A DNA stretch of 64,000 nucleotides from Pristiophorus japonicus (GCF_044704955.1 NC_091984.1:177816001-177880000), one strand, 5' to 3'. Shown: positions 34,421 through 49,453, counted from the stretch's first letter. The notes: a model not told the origin generated them from the sequence alone. Numbers and translations are program-made.

Positions 34421-36571
34421 CTTGTTGTGCATGAAAGGTAAGAGACTGACTCTAGAATGGTTAAAAAAAAAACTTCAGTGTATTTTTATTGACAGTAAAA
34501 CACAACCGATTTCCAGATAAAGATGCCACTCGACGCTATTCGGGAAGTACAGGTCAGAAGCAATTGTGGTCAAATTCTACTTCTCGGAAATAGAAGAGGT
34601 TTATTAATTGTCGATGACTTCCTATTTAAAAGCTGCTTGTGATCTCCTGCAAATTACTGTAATTCTCTTTTCATATATACTTTGCCCTTTATTTGTTATT
34701 GGGCAGAATAATTTGTAGTTTTTTCTCACACACCAGTCGAAACCTGATTTATCTTTCCGCTTGTTTATCTCTCATTGTCAGCAGAATGAGTCCGTATCCT
34801 TGGCAACTGACAGTCCTTCTCAAGGCAGCTTGCAGCAATTACAAATCGCGCACGATGCTGATTTCGGTCCCATTCCCATAATCCTTTGCCCCTTTGCTGT
34901 TTCGCTGCAACTCAGTAGATTATCGATTCGAAATGAAACTACCTGAAATGTTGTTTCGATTGTACTGGCTGGATCTGAGTTATCCTTTATTTTCTGTTCC
35001 AAACCTTAACCAGGTCATGGGGGGTTTAATTGGGCCCTGTAGCGCCCATTTCATCAGCGATACCAGGCCTCCTGAAAGTCGAAAATGGCATCCACGATGC
35101 GCGCAGATACTTCCGTCGGGAATTGCGCCTGATGGCATATTTGCAATAGAGTTTGAGTGGACGCAGCTGAGGACGTCCGGAAGCATGCTGAGGAGGCAGG
35201 TCATGATGTTAATCAGTGTGCAATGTTGATTTAATGCTAGTGTTGCAGTGTTAGTGCTCCAAGCTGCAGCATACGCCATTTCTTAATTTTGAAGAGCTGA
35301 ACACGAGGTTAAACAGTGTAAAGGAATCCCCACCAGCTCTATTTGAAAGCGACCATGAACTAATTATAGGTTAGTTGCTTTATTATTCCTTCTGGCTGTT
35401 TGTACAAAACAAGATATGTTTTGGGAGCTTTCAGTAGTCTAAAGGGAGTGGTCAGTCTGGCGCTGAAGTACTTTTTGGTGACTTAAAGGCTTGTGCTGAA
35501 AGGAGCTGCTTGCAGTCGTGGGTGGCCTCGTGACTGGGAGAATGAAGATAGGACATGCAGAGCTAGAAGGGGCAAGAGGAGGATGGAGAGAAGGGTTCTC
35601 AGCAGGAGGCCATATCCGTAGAGGGTGTTTAGTGAGCAATTCTCTTACCTGAACTTTAGCGACGACAAATGGTTGAAACATCCCCACTTCACGTGACTGA
35701 CTATGCCAACTGCTGCAGCCATAACTCTAACCTCAGAGGAGGACTGTACTGGCTGTATTTGGCGATAAAGGTGACTCAGTGGCGTTGAAATTCATGGGAA
35801 TGGCTCCTTCCAGACTGCTGCTGGAGCTATAAGCAATATCTCGCAGAGTGCAGTACACTGCTGCTATAATGGTGGTCACTGAGGCTCTCTATACAAAGAG
35901 CGACAGATTCGTCTCATTTCTTTTTTGCCAGTGACAAGCTGACGGACTGAACACGATGGTTTTCTCTGATGGAAGGCTTCCTGTACAACAGCCAGAAGGA
36001 ATAACACAGCAACTCACCTGTAATTAGTTCAAGCTCCCTTTTAAATAGAGCTGGTGCAATCTGTCATTGCTGTGCGTGCACCTCATGTCAACTCTGTCAT
36101 TTTGATGAACCGAAGTGAATTCCACTCTCTCAATGTAAGTCTGGTTTCTGACCACAGGCAGCACATCATCCACGTCAATGCCAGGTATCCAGGCAGTAGT
36201 CACGATTCATTCATTCTCTCGCAGTCCTCTGTGAGAGCTGTATTTTGAACCACCATGGCAAATCAATGGGTGCTGAATGGGCGACAAGCATTATGCACAC
36301 ATAACATGCTCATGACTGCAATCCAGAACCCATGTACACGTGCACAGCAGGCATACAATGAGAGGTATGCTGCCACAAGGAATATTACAGAGCACACAAT
36401 CGGCTTCCTCAAGCATTTGTTCCGCTCCCTGGACTGCTCTTGATGAGCCCTATAGTATTCAGCTCAGCAGCTCTCAACTTTTGTGGTGGTGTGCTGTATG
36501 CTCCACAAACTTGCCCTTATGAGTGAGCAGTAATTGCAACCACCTGTCAGCCGAGAAGTCGATGTGCAGGA

Positions 36572-39500
36572 GAGCAGCCCTGAGAGCGTGAGAAGCCGGA
36601 GCTCAAAGTAGTTAACTGGGAGCAGCATGAGCGGAACTGTGAGGGGACAAAAATTAATCAAGTGTGACGGCACCGGAAACCAGGTAGGTGATTGGTTAGT
36701 GAGTATTTCTCTCTCTTTTGTTTCTAAACTTGGACAGTGATTTAAAGTAAGAGCCTGGATTACAGATTAAAACTATATAGAGATAATTGAAATTTCAAAA
36801 CTTGAAAACCTAATTAATTAAATAAAATACATTTGAGATGGCAGGACAGGAGATGTTTTGCAGCTGCAACTGCAGCATTTGGGCGCTGCGGGAAATCAAT
36901 GTGATCCACGGCGACTACATCTACAGTAAGTGTTGGCGACTCGAGCAACTTTGGCTCCAGGTTGATGAGCTGGAGTCCGAGCTTCAGACACAGCGAAAGT
37001 TCAGGGATGGGGAGAATTAATTGGACGTTGTGGTCCAGGAGGCAGTCACACCCCTTAAGTTAAATAATTCAAATGTGGTCGTGGTCAGGGACAGGAAGGT
37101 GTGACTACAAATGAAGGAGGTATGGGGATCCAGAATGTAGCATTGGAGAAACCTCAGCCCTTGCACTTGTCCAACAGGTACGAGGTTGTTACATCCTCTG
37201 TGGAGGAGAGCAGGGATTGCAGGGAGGATGAGCAAGCTGACCAGAGCACTGTGGCAGAGGGGGCCATTCAATTTGGTGGAGTAAACATAAATGTTGTAGT
37301 TGAAGGGGCAGTATAGTTAGGGGGATAGATACTGTTCTCTGCAGCCGAGAGTGTGAGTCCCGAAGGTTGTGTTACCTGCCCGGTACCAGGGTTAAGCAAA
37401 TCTCCTCTGAGCTGGAGAGGAACTTGGAGTGGGAGGGGAAAGATCCAGTAGTTGTGGTTCATGTAGGTACCAATGACATAGGTAGGACAAAGAATGAGGT
37501 TCTGCTGAGGGAATATGAGCAGCTAGGGGCTAAGTTAAAAAGTAGAACCACAAATGTAATACTGTCTGGATTACTACCTGAGCCATGAGCAAATTTACAT
37601 CGGGTAAATAAGGTCAGAGAGATGGCCACGTGGCTCAGAGATTGTTGTGGGAGAAATGGCACAGGCACCAGTACTGGGATAAGAGCGAGCTGTTCCATTG
37701 GGACAGGCTTCCCTTGAATCATGCTGGGACCAATGTCCTGGCGAATCGAATGATTAGTGCTGTAGATAGGGCTATACATTAAATGAGGGGGGGGGGGGTG
37801 GCTGGGAGGAATCAGGTGTGTGGAAATTTAAAAAGTCAAAGAGAAAGGAGAAAGCAATAGTGCAGGGATGCGATAGGGGTAATGATAACCAGAGTGTGAC
37901 AGGAAATTACAGTATAAACATAAGAGTGCATGAGAAAGTGGGGTCAGAGTAGCAAAAAATGAACAAAAGACAGAATTAAAATCTCCTTATCTGAATGCAT
38001 GCAGCATTCATAACAAGATGGATGAGATAACGGCAAAAATAGAAATAAAATTTAGAGATGTGGTTGCAAGGTGACCAAGGCAGGGAACTAAATATTCAGG
38101 GATTATTTTTCATTTTGGAAGGATGGGCAGAAAAGAAAAGGAGGGGAGTTAGCTCTGATAATAAAGGATGAGATCAGTGCAATAGTGAGAAAAGATATTG
38201 GCTCAGAAAATCAAAATGGAGAATCAGTTTGGGCGGAGATAAGAAATAATAAGGGAAATAAGTTACTGGTGGAAGTAGTTTACAGCCCCGCCCCCCCACT
38301 AAGAGTAGCTACACTGTACGACAGATTAAAAATCAAGAGATACTGGAAGCTTGGCAATAATCATGGGCGATTTTATTCTTGATATTGATTATACACATCA
38401 AATTGGCCAAGGTAGCCTTGAGGAAGAGTTCATATTCGGGATGGTTTCTTAGAACAAAACATTGTGAAACCAACCAGGGAGCAGACTATTTTAAATCTGA
38501 TAATGAGACTGGATTCATTAATGATCTCATAATAACGAATTCTCCTGGGAAGAATGATCACAACATGGAAGAATTTAAAATTCAGTTTGAGGGTGAGCAG
38601 CCCGGGTCTCAAACTAATGTCCTGAACTTAAATAAAACCAAACGCATGAAGACAGAATTGGCTAAAATGGACTGGGGAATAGATTAAAGGGTAAGACAGC
38701 AGAGAAGTAGTGGCAGATATTTAAAGAGATATTTTGTAACTCTCAGCAAAAATAGATTTCAGTGAGAAAGAAAGATTCTAAGAGAAGAATGAACCATCCG
38801 TGGCTAACTAAGGAAGTAAAGGATGGTGTGAAATTGAAAACAAATGTGTACAATGTTGCAAAGATTAGTGAAAGGCCAGAGGATTGGGATTTTTTTAGAA
38901 ACCAGCAAAGGACGATTAAAAAATCAATAAGGAGAGAGAAGATAGATTATGAGAGCAAACTAGCAAGAATTAATAAAACCGACAGGAAAAGCTTCTACAG
39001 GTATATAAGAAGAAAGCGAATAGCTAAATTGAAGGTTGGTCCCTTAGAGGATGAGACTGGTGAATTAAGAACGGGAAGCAAGGAAATGACAGAGACATTG
39101 AGCAAATATTTTGTATCGATCTTCACGGTAGAAGACATTTAACGCATTCCAATAATTGATAATCAAGGAGCTATTGGGAGGGGGGAACTTAAACAATCAC
39201 TGTCACTAGAGAAAAGTACAAGGCAAACTGCTGGGACGAAACATGGACAGGTCCTCTGGACCTGACGGCCTGCATCCTTGGGTCTTAAAAGAAGTTGCTG
39301 CAGAGACAATGGATTCCGTGGATTCTGGAGAGGTCCCAGCGGATTGGAAAACCGCAAATGCAACTCCCGTGTTAAAGAAAGGAAAGAGACTTAAAGGAGG
39401 AAACTATAGACTAGTTAGTCTAACATCTGTCATTGGGAAAATGCGGAGTCCATCGTTAAGGAAGTAGTAGCATGACATTTAGAACACATAATACAGTCAA

Positions 39501-41731
39501 GCAGAGTTAGCATGGTTTTATGAACGGGAAATCATGTTTGACAAATTTGCCGAAGTTCTTTGAGGATATAACGAGCAGGGTGGATAAAGGGGAACAATTA
39601 CCTGTCGTGTATTTGGATTTGCAGAAGGCATTCGATAAGGTGCCACATAAAAGATTACTGCACAAGATAACAGCTCAAAGATTTGGGGGTAATATATTAG
39701 CGTGGATAGAGGTTTGGCTAACTAACAGAAAACAGAGTGTTGGGATAAATGGGTCATTTTAAGGTTGGCAAACTGCAGATGACACAAAGATTAGTGGGAA
39801 AGTGCGTTGTGTAGAGGACACAGAGAGGCTGCAAAGAGATTTAGATAGGTTAAGCGAATGGGCTAAGATTTGGCAGATGGAATACAATGTCGGAAAATGT
39901 GATGTCATTCACCTTGGAAAAAAAACAGTAAAAGGGAATATTATTTGAATGGGGGGAAATTACAACATGCTGCGGTACAGAGGGACCTGGGGGTCCTTGT
40001 GCATGAATCCCAAAAATTAGTTTGCAGGTGCAGCAGGTAATCAGGAAGGCGAATGTAATGTTGGCCTTTATTGCGAGAGGGATGGAGTACAAAAGCAGGG
40101 AGGTCCTGCTGCAACTGTATAGGGTATTGGTGAGGCCGCACCTGGAGTACTGCGTGCAGTTTTGGTTACCTTTCTTAATGAATGATATACTAGCTTTGGA
40201 GGGGATACAGAGTCGATTCACTAGGCTGATTCCGGAGATAAGGGGGTTACCTTATGATGATAGATTGAGTAGACTGGGTCTTTATTCGTTGGAGTTCAGA
40301 AGGATGAGGGGTGATCTTACAGAAACATTTAAAATAATGAAAGGGATAGACAAGATAGAGACAGAGAGGTTGTTTCCACTGGTTGGGGAGACTAGAACTA
40401 GGGGGCACAGCCTCAAAATACGGGGGAGCCAATTTAAAACCGAGTTGAGAAGGAATTTCTTCTCCCAAAGGGTTGTGAATCTGTGGAATTCTCTGCCCAA
40501 GGAAGCAGTTGAGGCTAGCTCATTGAATGTATTCAAATCACAGATAGATAGATTTTTAACCAATAAAGGAATTAAGGGTTACGGGGAGCGGGCGGGTAAG
40601 TGGAGCTGAGTCCACGGCCAGATCAGCCATGATCTTGTTGAATGGCGGAGCAGGCTTGGGGGTTAGATGGCCCACTCCTGTTCCTAATTCTTATGTTCTT
40701 ATGTTCTTATGTAACTAGTGGGGTGCCACAGGGATCAGTGCTGGTGCCTTAACTATTTAAAATCTATATTAATGACTTGCATGAAGCGACCGAGTGTAAT
40801 TTAGCCCAATTTGCTGATGATACAAAGATAGGTGGGAAAGCAAGTTGTGAGGTAGACGTAAATAATCTGTAGAGGGATATAGATAGGCTAAGCATTTGGG
40901 CAAAAATTTGGCAAATGGAGCATGGGAAAATATGAGGTTATCTTGGTATGAAAAATAAAGAAACACATTATTATTTAAATGGAGAGAGATTACAAAATGC
41001 TGTGGCACAGAGAGATCTGCGGGTCCTTGTACATTAAACACAAAATGTTGCCATGCAGGTAGAGCAATTAATTAGGAAGGCACATGGAATTTTTACCTTT
41101 ATTACAAGGAGGATGGACTAAAAAAGTAGGGAAGTCTTGCTACAACTGTAAAGGCGTTGATGACGGCACACGTGGAATACTGCGTACACTTTAGGTCTTC
41201 TTGTTTAAGGAGGGATTTACTTGCATTGGAGACAGTTCAAAGAAGTTTCACGAGGTTGATTCCTGAGATGAGGGGTTTGTCTTATGAAGAAAAATTGATC
41301 AGGCTGGGCCTATACCAACTGGAGTTTAGAGGAATGAGAGGTGATCTTATTGAAATATAAAAGATACTGAGGGTGCTTGACAGGGTTGATGCAGAGAGAA
41401 TGTTTCCCCTCGTGGGGGAATCTAAAACTAGGGGGCATAGTTAAAGAATACGGTTCGCACATTTAAAATAGAGATGAGAAGAATTTCTTCTGTTAAGTGT
41501 CGTGAATCTTTGGAATTCTCTACCCCAGAGAACTGTGGAAGCTGGGTCTTTGAATATATTTAAGGTGGAGGTAAACAGATTTTTGAAATATAAGGGTGTC
41601 AAGGTTTATATGGAGCGGGCAGGGAAGTGAAGCTGAGGCCAAGATCGTATCAGTCATGATCATACTGCGTGGCGGAGCAGCCACAAGTAACCAAATGGCC
41701 TACTCCTACTCTTTTTTCTTATGTTCTTATG
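36572..41731 (+). mobile_element. Full-length but decayed CR1 LINE with 5' UTR
   Basis: ORF1 MAGQEMFCSCNCSIW..C plus VHVGTND, endonuclease from ~37970, RT (LDLQKAFDKVPH), (TTCTTATG)n tail. Confidence 0.88.
39776..40711 (+). mobile_element. Younger 5'-truncated CR1 nested in the CR1 above
   Basis: The host sequence GGCAAACTG|TAACTAGTGGGG is split. Clean ORF 40022-40609 and its own tail. Confidence 0.88.
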
Positions 41732-43825
41732 TAGGAGCACGCCGAGAAGGAGGAGCATGAAGTGGACGAGGAGGAGCTGGAGGAACTGGAAGAGGAAGAA
41801 AAGCAAGAGGTGGAACATGAAAAGGAAGTGAGGCTGCAATGTAGACAGCCTGTGACTGCACGAGCTCTGCATGATCAAATAATTAATGAACGATACCAGC
41901 AACCTCAAACACAACTCTCGATTCGCCACACTCCTTGCCTTTCCTGTTACTGATCACACCACCCGCTTTCCCAATAAAGCATAAATAAAGGCCAATACAA
42001 AATACACATTCCCGTACTAATGTCTAATTAAATCATGACATATTGCATACCAAAATATAATAATCACTCTTGTGTACTCCCTTAGTGCCCCTTTCATGTA
42101 TCTTTCATTTTCCTATTGGTTCTGCAAAGTCTTTCCACAATGGATATAGCATGGCTGGTGGAGAGCTGCTGACTTTCACTTGAGAAGACTACTGATGGCA
42201 TTGGAGCACAACCTCGAGCAGCTCTCAGACTAGAAGGGCCGGCGTCAGACTCTGCCATCTCTGTCTGGGCTGCAGGAATTTGGGCTTGCTGGCTGACATT
42301 TAACAGCAACGACACTGGTGGAGTGGCAGTGGAAGGAGAACGAATGCTTTCGTCCTGTGAATCGTACATCATGAGCAACAGTCAATCTTCCGTGGTGGAG
42401 CCTCAGCAATCCTACTAATCTGTTGGAGAAACATTTGCTGGAATGCTGTGACTCCCTAAAAGCCCCTTTGAACACAATCCATATTCATGATGGCAGCACT
42501 GTGAGTTTGATTGGTAGCAAATTGAAGTTGCACGACATCATTCTGATCTTGCATGGCAGCAAACTGACATTGTATGACAGCACAAAGCCCTGTGTCAAGT
42601 TGGTGCTGGACGCCTACATTGTCCTTGACATTGAATGCATGCTTTCCGGCAGGGTTCCTGTGCACCAAGTATTTGTATGTTTATAATCTTCAGCCTTCTT
42701 CTGTAGCCTGACACATCGAAGTCCTCATCTGACTTGTCTGCAGCAAAATGAGTTCATGATCTCGGCTTCTGGTGAGCTGGCACCTACCCTGGCTCCTGCG
42801 CACTTGTGCCTGGCATCTCACATATTTTTAATCTATCCTATCCTCTGAACTCCATGCAGTGCCAGTAAGTGAGCTGGTGATTGTGACTGTAAGATTGAGT
42901 AACAGTGTCTTCTTCCTCTTCCTTCAGTGTCTGGGCAGGTTCCAGCTCTTGAATATTTGAAATGAAAAATGGACAGGTTTTGGGTTATGTTAATGGGATA
43001 GGAGAAAGTAAGGAATGCATGCTTACACCCTCTGCAGCTTCTGATTCATAATTGATTGAGGTATGTGAGAGAAGATGAAATAAAGACAATTAGGTATGCA
43101 GTTACTGTCATCATCAATTGCTTCAGCCCCGCCCGTGGTCAAACATCAGTGATGCCCCATCCCATGAAGGCCAGCACTTTCTCCACCTTGGGGGAAAACT
43201 TGCAAGCTCACTTGTCACCCTCCATTTAATTTCTATTGTCTCCTCTTAAGCGCCACCTTCTCCTTCAAGAAAGAGTGAAGTTTTTCAGTGAGTATCGTGG
43301 AATCGGCTTGGCTGATGTGGCAGTCATGGTTTAATGCCTGCCAGTGTGTGCGAGCTTTGAAATGTGGGTATGATGGTTGCAACAGTGCTAAGTGTGTGAG
43401 GGTCATGTAAAGCATATGAATGTAGGGAAGAGTCCTGATTGATAGATATTGTTGGTAGATGGGAGTAACTAGGCTATATGGCACAGGAACAGACCAATCG
43501 TCCCAAACAATCCATGCCGAAATCAGTGTGGGAACGTAATGAATTGAGCAAAGGATGAGGCCAATGCTACAGTTGGTAGAATGTGCCAATTAGAAGGTGA
43601 ATTCACTGACCTTGACAACTGCCATTCCTTCGTTTCCCTTTCTCATCTTTCTTAAATAAATATATTTCCTTTAATCTAAAGCCATTTTTCACACTGTCAA
43701 TGGCAATCGCCCTGATACAACATTGAAGGGCAGGTGGGATCATGACAATCCACACAATCAATGCAACTCATGCGAGTTGTTGTGAGCATACGAGAAAAAG
43801 AACTTCAGAAACGACAGCCACTGTC

Positions 43826-44636
43826 AATTTATTTCTGAGAAGTGTGAGGTAATTCATTTTGGAAGGGTTAACAAGGCAAGGGAGTAAGCAATAAATGGTA
43901 CCACACTGAGGAGTATAGAGGAACAAAAGGATCTCGGAGTGTATGTCCACAGATCCTTGAAGGTGGCAGGCCAGGTAGACAAGGTGTTTAAGAAGGCATA
44001 TGGAATGATTGCCTTTGTTAGCCGAGGCATAGCATACAAGAGCAGCGAGGTTATGCTTCAATTATGTAAAACACTAGTTAGGCCACAGCTAGACTACTGT
44101 GTGCAGTTCTGGTCAGCACATTATAGGAAATATGTGATTGCACTAGAGATGGTACAGAGGAGATTTACGAAGATGTTGCCTGGACTGGATAATTTTAGCC
44201 ATGGGGAAAGATTGGATAGGCTGGGGTTGTTTTCTTTGGAACAGAGGAGGCTCAGCCGAGACCTTATTGAGGTGTATACAATTATTAGGGGGTCTCGATA
44301 GAGTGGATAGGAATGACCTAGTTCCCTCAGCAGAGGGGTCAACAACCAGGGGGCATTGATTTAAGGTAATAGGTAGGAGGTTTAGAGGTAATTTGAGGGG
44401 ATATTTTTTCACACGGAGGATAGTGGGGGTCTGGAAATCATTGGTTCAAACGGTGGTAGAGGCAGAAACCCTCACCACATTAAAACGTACTTGGATATGC
44501 ACTTGAAGTTTCCTAACCTCCAAGGCTTCGGACCAGGAGCTGGAAAGTGGGATTAGGCTGGATAGCTCTTTGTCGGCCAACGGGGACACGAGGGGGGTCG
44601 AATGGTCTCCATCCATGCTGTAACATTCTATGATTC
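43826..44636 (+). mobile_element. 5'-truncated CR1
   Basis: ORF 43939-44301 LVRPQLDYCVQFWS; ends in TTCTATGATTC. Confidence 0.85.
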
Positions 44637-45639
44637 GGTGATGCACACCTCATCTTGTTAGCATCACATCCCTATCAGAAGTCATTCACTCTTCTAGTCT
44701 AAGTGCAATTTGATTAAAGTTACAACTCATACTACTGCCAAAGAAAATCATAATACATTATACAGAAAGCTACAGTAAAAATCTAAGCTCCCCCCAAATA
44801 CAACCATATTATCAAGAAATCATCCCCTTAACTTAAAAGATTCCCGCAGCACTCATTTTACCGTTTCCATCTGATAGATCATTCTGAGTCAGTACTCCTT
44901 CTCTCTAGCACTCAATTATACCAATATATGTCCTTTTCTACTGACAAATATTAAGGTGTTTAACTCTATTTTGATATTTTCAGTCATTTGTTCTGAAGAA
45001 TTCTGCACTTTTCTTCATCACGTTTTACTTTCTGAAAGAGCAGAGTTTGATGCAACAAAGCATGGAACGCAGAACAGTAGACTTGACTGTTCAAGATGGC
45101 ATTCTGCGCAGCGTGATAGTTCAAAAGATTGTCTTGCAGATTTTTTAGAAGGCTAACTACCACGTCACTTTCGAAGATTTAAGGTTTGAGGTGAAATATA
45201 AAGACAGCTGCCTAGCTATGCTTTGAAAATCAGTGGGAAACTGTCGGCAACATCTTACGCTGCAGCATCAGCATGTTGGAAACATTGCACTAAGAGAAAG
45301 GGAAAAGTACCACTAGCTGGTCTTTGCCATCGAGAATGGCATCAGCAGCCATTAAAAAGTGAAAGCATGAGACAGACCAGAGGCATACTAAAACGAAGCT
45401 ACGAAAGATTTCAACTAAAAATTAGCCCCTCAGTCTCCGAAATCCGAATAATTTGGCCATGCTGAGTTTCGATTTGTAGGACTGACCATCACCGCAACCT
45501 CTTGGCCCCAATACTGAAATAAGAGTCACCACAAAGCAAATATTTTGATGCAACTTTATACATCAATCTATCCAATATTACATCAAGAAATCAACTAATT
45601 AATCTTGTGCATTCCCTAAGTAACTGTCTGATGTGCGCA

Positions 45640-48378
45640 TTTGCCTATCCCAGTTCTCCCACGCACTGGTTGCAGCATGGCTAGTGGAAGGCTTCTGAAT
45701 TTCAGTAGGGGAGACTGCAGATGGCCTTGCAGGACGAACTCGAGCTACTTTGGGCCTAGAAGGTCCGGCTTAGAAATGCACCACCTCGGTGTGGGTTGAA
45801 GCAGTCTGGGGTGGTTAAGAAAGCAAATGGCATATTGGCCTTCATAGCGAGGGGATTTGAGTACAGGGGCAGGGAGGTGTTACTACAGTTGTACAGGGCC
45901 TTGGTGAGGCCACACCTGGAGTATTGTGTACAGTTTTGGTCTCCTAACTTGAGGAAGGATATTCTTGCTATTGAGGGAGTGCAGCGAAGGTTCACCAGAC
46001 TGATTCCCGGGATGGCGGGACTGACATATCAAGAAAGACTGGATCAACTGGGCTTGTATTCACTGGAGTTCAGAAGAATGAGAGGGAATCTCATAGAAAC
46101 GTTTAAAATTCTGACGGGTTTAGATGCAGGAAGAATGTTCCCAATGTTGGGCAAGTCCAGAACCAGGGGTCACAGTCTAAGGATAAGGGGTAAGCCATTT
46201 AGGACCGAGATGAGGAGAAACTTCTTCACCCAGAGAGTGGTGAACCTGTGGAATTCTCTACCACAGAAAGTTGTTGAGGCCAATTTACTAAATATATTCA
46301 AAAATTAGTTAGATGTAGTCCTTACTACTCGGAGGAATCAGGGGGTATGGCGAGAAATCAGGAATAGGATACTGAATTCGCATGTTCAGCCATGAACTCA
46401 TTGAATGGCGGTGCAGGCTCGAAGGGCCGAATGGCCTACTCCTACAGCTATTTTCTATCTTTCTATGTTTCTATGTGGCTGGCTGAGGACAGCAGATTCG
46501 GCCTCCATGTATAACATTGCCACAACGCTGGGACAGCGCCTCAGAAATGCTAGTTATCTGATGGAGTAGTGATTGCTGGACTGCTGAGACACCCTGCAAC
46601 CCAGTTGCAACATTGGTCAACCCAGCCACGGTGGCAGCAGTCTTTGCTTGCCAGGCAGCAAGCTGAGCTTGCATTATTTCAATCGGAGCTTCCATTGCAG
46701 CACTCAGACGTTGTGTGGCTTCCGCTTGTGCTGCAATGGAAGCTGAGACTTCCGCCATCAGACACTGCCTGATGGTTGGGTGCACGTGTGTGTTAATGGA
46801 TATGCTTACCCCTTCCATGCTGGAAAAATTTGACTCCAAGCTCTGCCCAAAGCCCTGTGCAAGTCTGGAGCTGGACTCCTCCATGCTTCTTGACATTTTA
46901 TTCAGGCTTTCTCGCAGGTCTGCGAATGCACCACATATTTCATTCAGCATACCCAGGAATATTGTTCTGTAGGCCGCCCCATCGAAGTGTTCATCTGCGT
47001 CCTGTGCAATAGAACTCGTGTGTGACCTCGCCCTCCGTGGAGCTGGTACACATACTATCCTTTCCCCCTGCTCTGGCTGTAGCCCACTCATGCCCGATGT
47101 TTCACCAAATGCCGATCACATCTAACGTATCTTCTAAACTATGCAGAGTGTCACTATCTGAGAGGTGGCTGAGAATGTGAAATCGAGTGACGGTGTTTCT
47201 TCTGCTTCACTCTCCTCTCGTTCTACTTGTTGAGCCATTGGCTGGGCAGGATGGATTTCTTGGCTGTCTAAAATGAGAATGACACAAGGGTAATTTGTAG
47301 TGAGGGGAGAGGGAAGGGTGGACAAGGAGTACATGCTTACACCATGTACAGATTATAAATCAGATTAGATTGTGGGATGAATGGCAAATAGAATGTAATA
47401 AAAAACATAACGTACCACCATGTTGTATTCTTTCAGCTTTCCCGCTGGCCACAGGCTCAGCCATGCCCCTGCCAAGAATGTCCATCACTGTCTTTTCCAT
47501 GGGGGTGATGTGCCTCGCTGGATAAGTTGTGCTGGTGCCAGATTAGCGTAATATTTTCCTGCAGGAGAATGGGATGTATGTCAGTGTGTGTGTGCTGTCA
47601 TGTTGTTGGGTGATGTTCCCATCATGGTTGACAATAGCTGACAACGTTTCCAAGCTGTGGGATGTAGGTGTGCGGCTCCCAGCAGTGGTAAATGTTATGC
47701 CTGAGCTGAAGCTAAGAATGTGAGGTGTGAGTCGTGTTTGGTGGAGATTGTTGGTACGTAAGTGATGGGGTGTGGTGTATTGTGTGAGGCTAGTCGGATA
47801 AGGCATTTGAAGATAAATTCACTGACCTTGACCACTCGAGTGAGGTCACTAAACTTCTTCTTGCACTGAGTCCAGGTCTTCAGGGCATCAATGGTGACAC
47901 TTATCACTGTGGCTATCTACTCTCACAGCAATCTAGTCTGTTGCCTGAAGAGTTTGCTGGCGCCCTGTGTAAAGAGGACCAGTCTCCTGGAATTTAGCTT
48001 CTGACTAACGGCTCCAGTGGTGCTTTGGATAATCTACCTGTACGCTCTCTCCCTAGATGTGCCATCATTATAACTTTCATCTCCACTGTCTTCCCAGCCA
48101 CTTCAGTTACCTGTTGCAGGGAGAAGGCACCTCCGTTTAAGTGGTGCAGATTGCTTTAAGTAGTACAGGCTAACTTTAATTGGAACTAACCTCTTGGGCT
48201 CCCTGCTAGAGTTCGGTCATTGAGCTGTGCGTTCAGTGCTGAGCTCAAATCTACACTCATGCTAATGAGCTGGCGGCTTGAAGTTTGCCTACTGCCTGCA
48301 GTCCTCCGAATGGGCGCGGGTTCATCGCGCATCTCAACACTCGCACAGGTTTTCGGGCCTTTTCGAATTTCAAGGCCA
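45640..48378 (-). mobile_element. Harbinger Myb/SANT-gene half
   Basis: KTWTQCKKKFSDLTR (47695-47907), coiled-coil ORF 46471-47091, similarity to 42200-42300. Possible terminus AATTTCAAGGCC. Confidence 0.65.
45811..46474 (+). mobile_element. Young 5'-truncated CR1, same subfamily as 6069-10120
   Basis: Closely similar to 9448-10120; (TTTCTATG) tail. Confidence 0.9.
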
Positions 48379-49304
48379 TGATCCACACCCGCCCCAACCT
48401 CTACCCTCCACCACCGCATTCTACTTTACTGCGTTTTATCCTTACCGCCCATGCGCCGCGCCAGTGGAGATTGGCTAGAAGTACATATTAAATATAGATA
48501 AATCATATGAAATATAAATACATAATATATAAAAAAACTTAACACTACATGCAAGTAATATAATTCCACATATGCATTTAACATGTGCAGGATTGAAACA
48601 TCAGACACAAGACGCCGCTACAATGCTCCGACTCACTGGACGTAATCTTGACTGTAAAAGATGGTGTAAAGCGCGCGATATCGGCTCAGCGACCCATTAA
48701 ACACGTTTCCCGAGTGTTTGGCCATTAAAATCAAATGCAACAGGAAAATTAAAACCATCTTTTCAAGTTCGTATGCTGTTCGAATCCTTTTGACGAAAGG
48801 TTGTAGCGCATTCCAATACCGCAGGCATATCAGACATACCTGCCAAAAATATACACACAAGATAGTCAGAATCGTCTCCCAAAGCAACTTGCTCTGAAAT
48901 AATTTTATCCGCCTGGTGCTTTCAGAGATCTCTAATACACAATTTCTCATATTAGCATCTGAGTCTATGGTCACGAAATGAATTTCTGAGGTACACGTTT
49001 CAGGTGGAATATTTATTTTCATTCTCCCTTGGTATGTAAAGTGGTCACGGATATTATAATATAAGCTTTGAAAGTGTTTTGATAAATATCAGGAATATGG
49101 GACTGGATAGAAAAAAATGCAGTTAATAGAAAAATTCTAGCTGTGGGTCAAATTGGATAGCAAACGGTATGAGGTAAATTATTCCTATTTCTCTTGTTCA
49201 GAATAAGCCAAATTATGAAGAATCAACAAAACACGAACACCATTCCTTACCTTCCCGCTAGTTTGCTATTAATTTGACAAGTAGTAAGAATGTGGCAGCT
49301 TCTG

Positions 49305-49334
49305 ATTGGCCTCAATGTGCAGCCCGATTTTCAT
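49305..49334 (+). promoter_or_regulatory. Cluster 2 promoter: reverse CCAAT box plus mutated octamer
   Basis: ATTGG at 49305-49309 and ATTTTCAT (one mismatch) at 49327-49334. Same spacing as cluster 1. Confidence 0.65.
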
Positions 49335-49453
49335 AAATTAGTAGCACATCGCAACACCTCTTCACATGTTGATAAGAAGACTTCGAGAGGAACTTTGGAA
49401 TCTATTTCTTCTGGAAACTGTCGCCGTGTCTGAGCTCCATTTAATTCTTTACA

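Larger units (their letters stand above)
35020..43620. mobile_element. Harbinger DNA transposon: transposase (+) and convergent Myb/SANT-like gene (-), split by a CR1
   Basis: NRSEFHSLNV..HVNARYPGSSHDSFIL and YNERYAATRNITEHTIGFLK at 36054-36443. Acidic C-terminus resumes at ~41732 (ARALHDQIINERY). Second gene at ~42090-43620. Ends approximate. Confidence 0.75.

Noticed and set aside
41762-41953. Glu-rich ORF as a separate gene
   Set aside because: It is the acidic C-terminus of the Harbinger transposase, displaced by the CR1 insertion.
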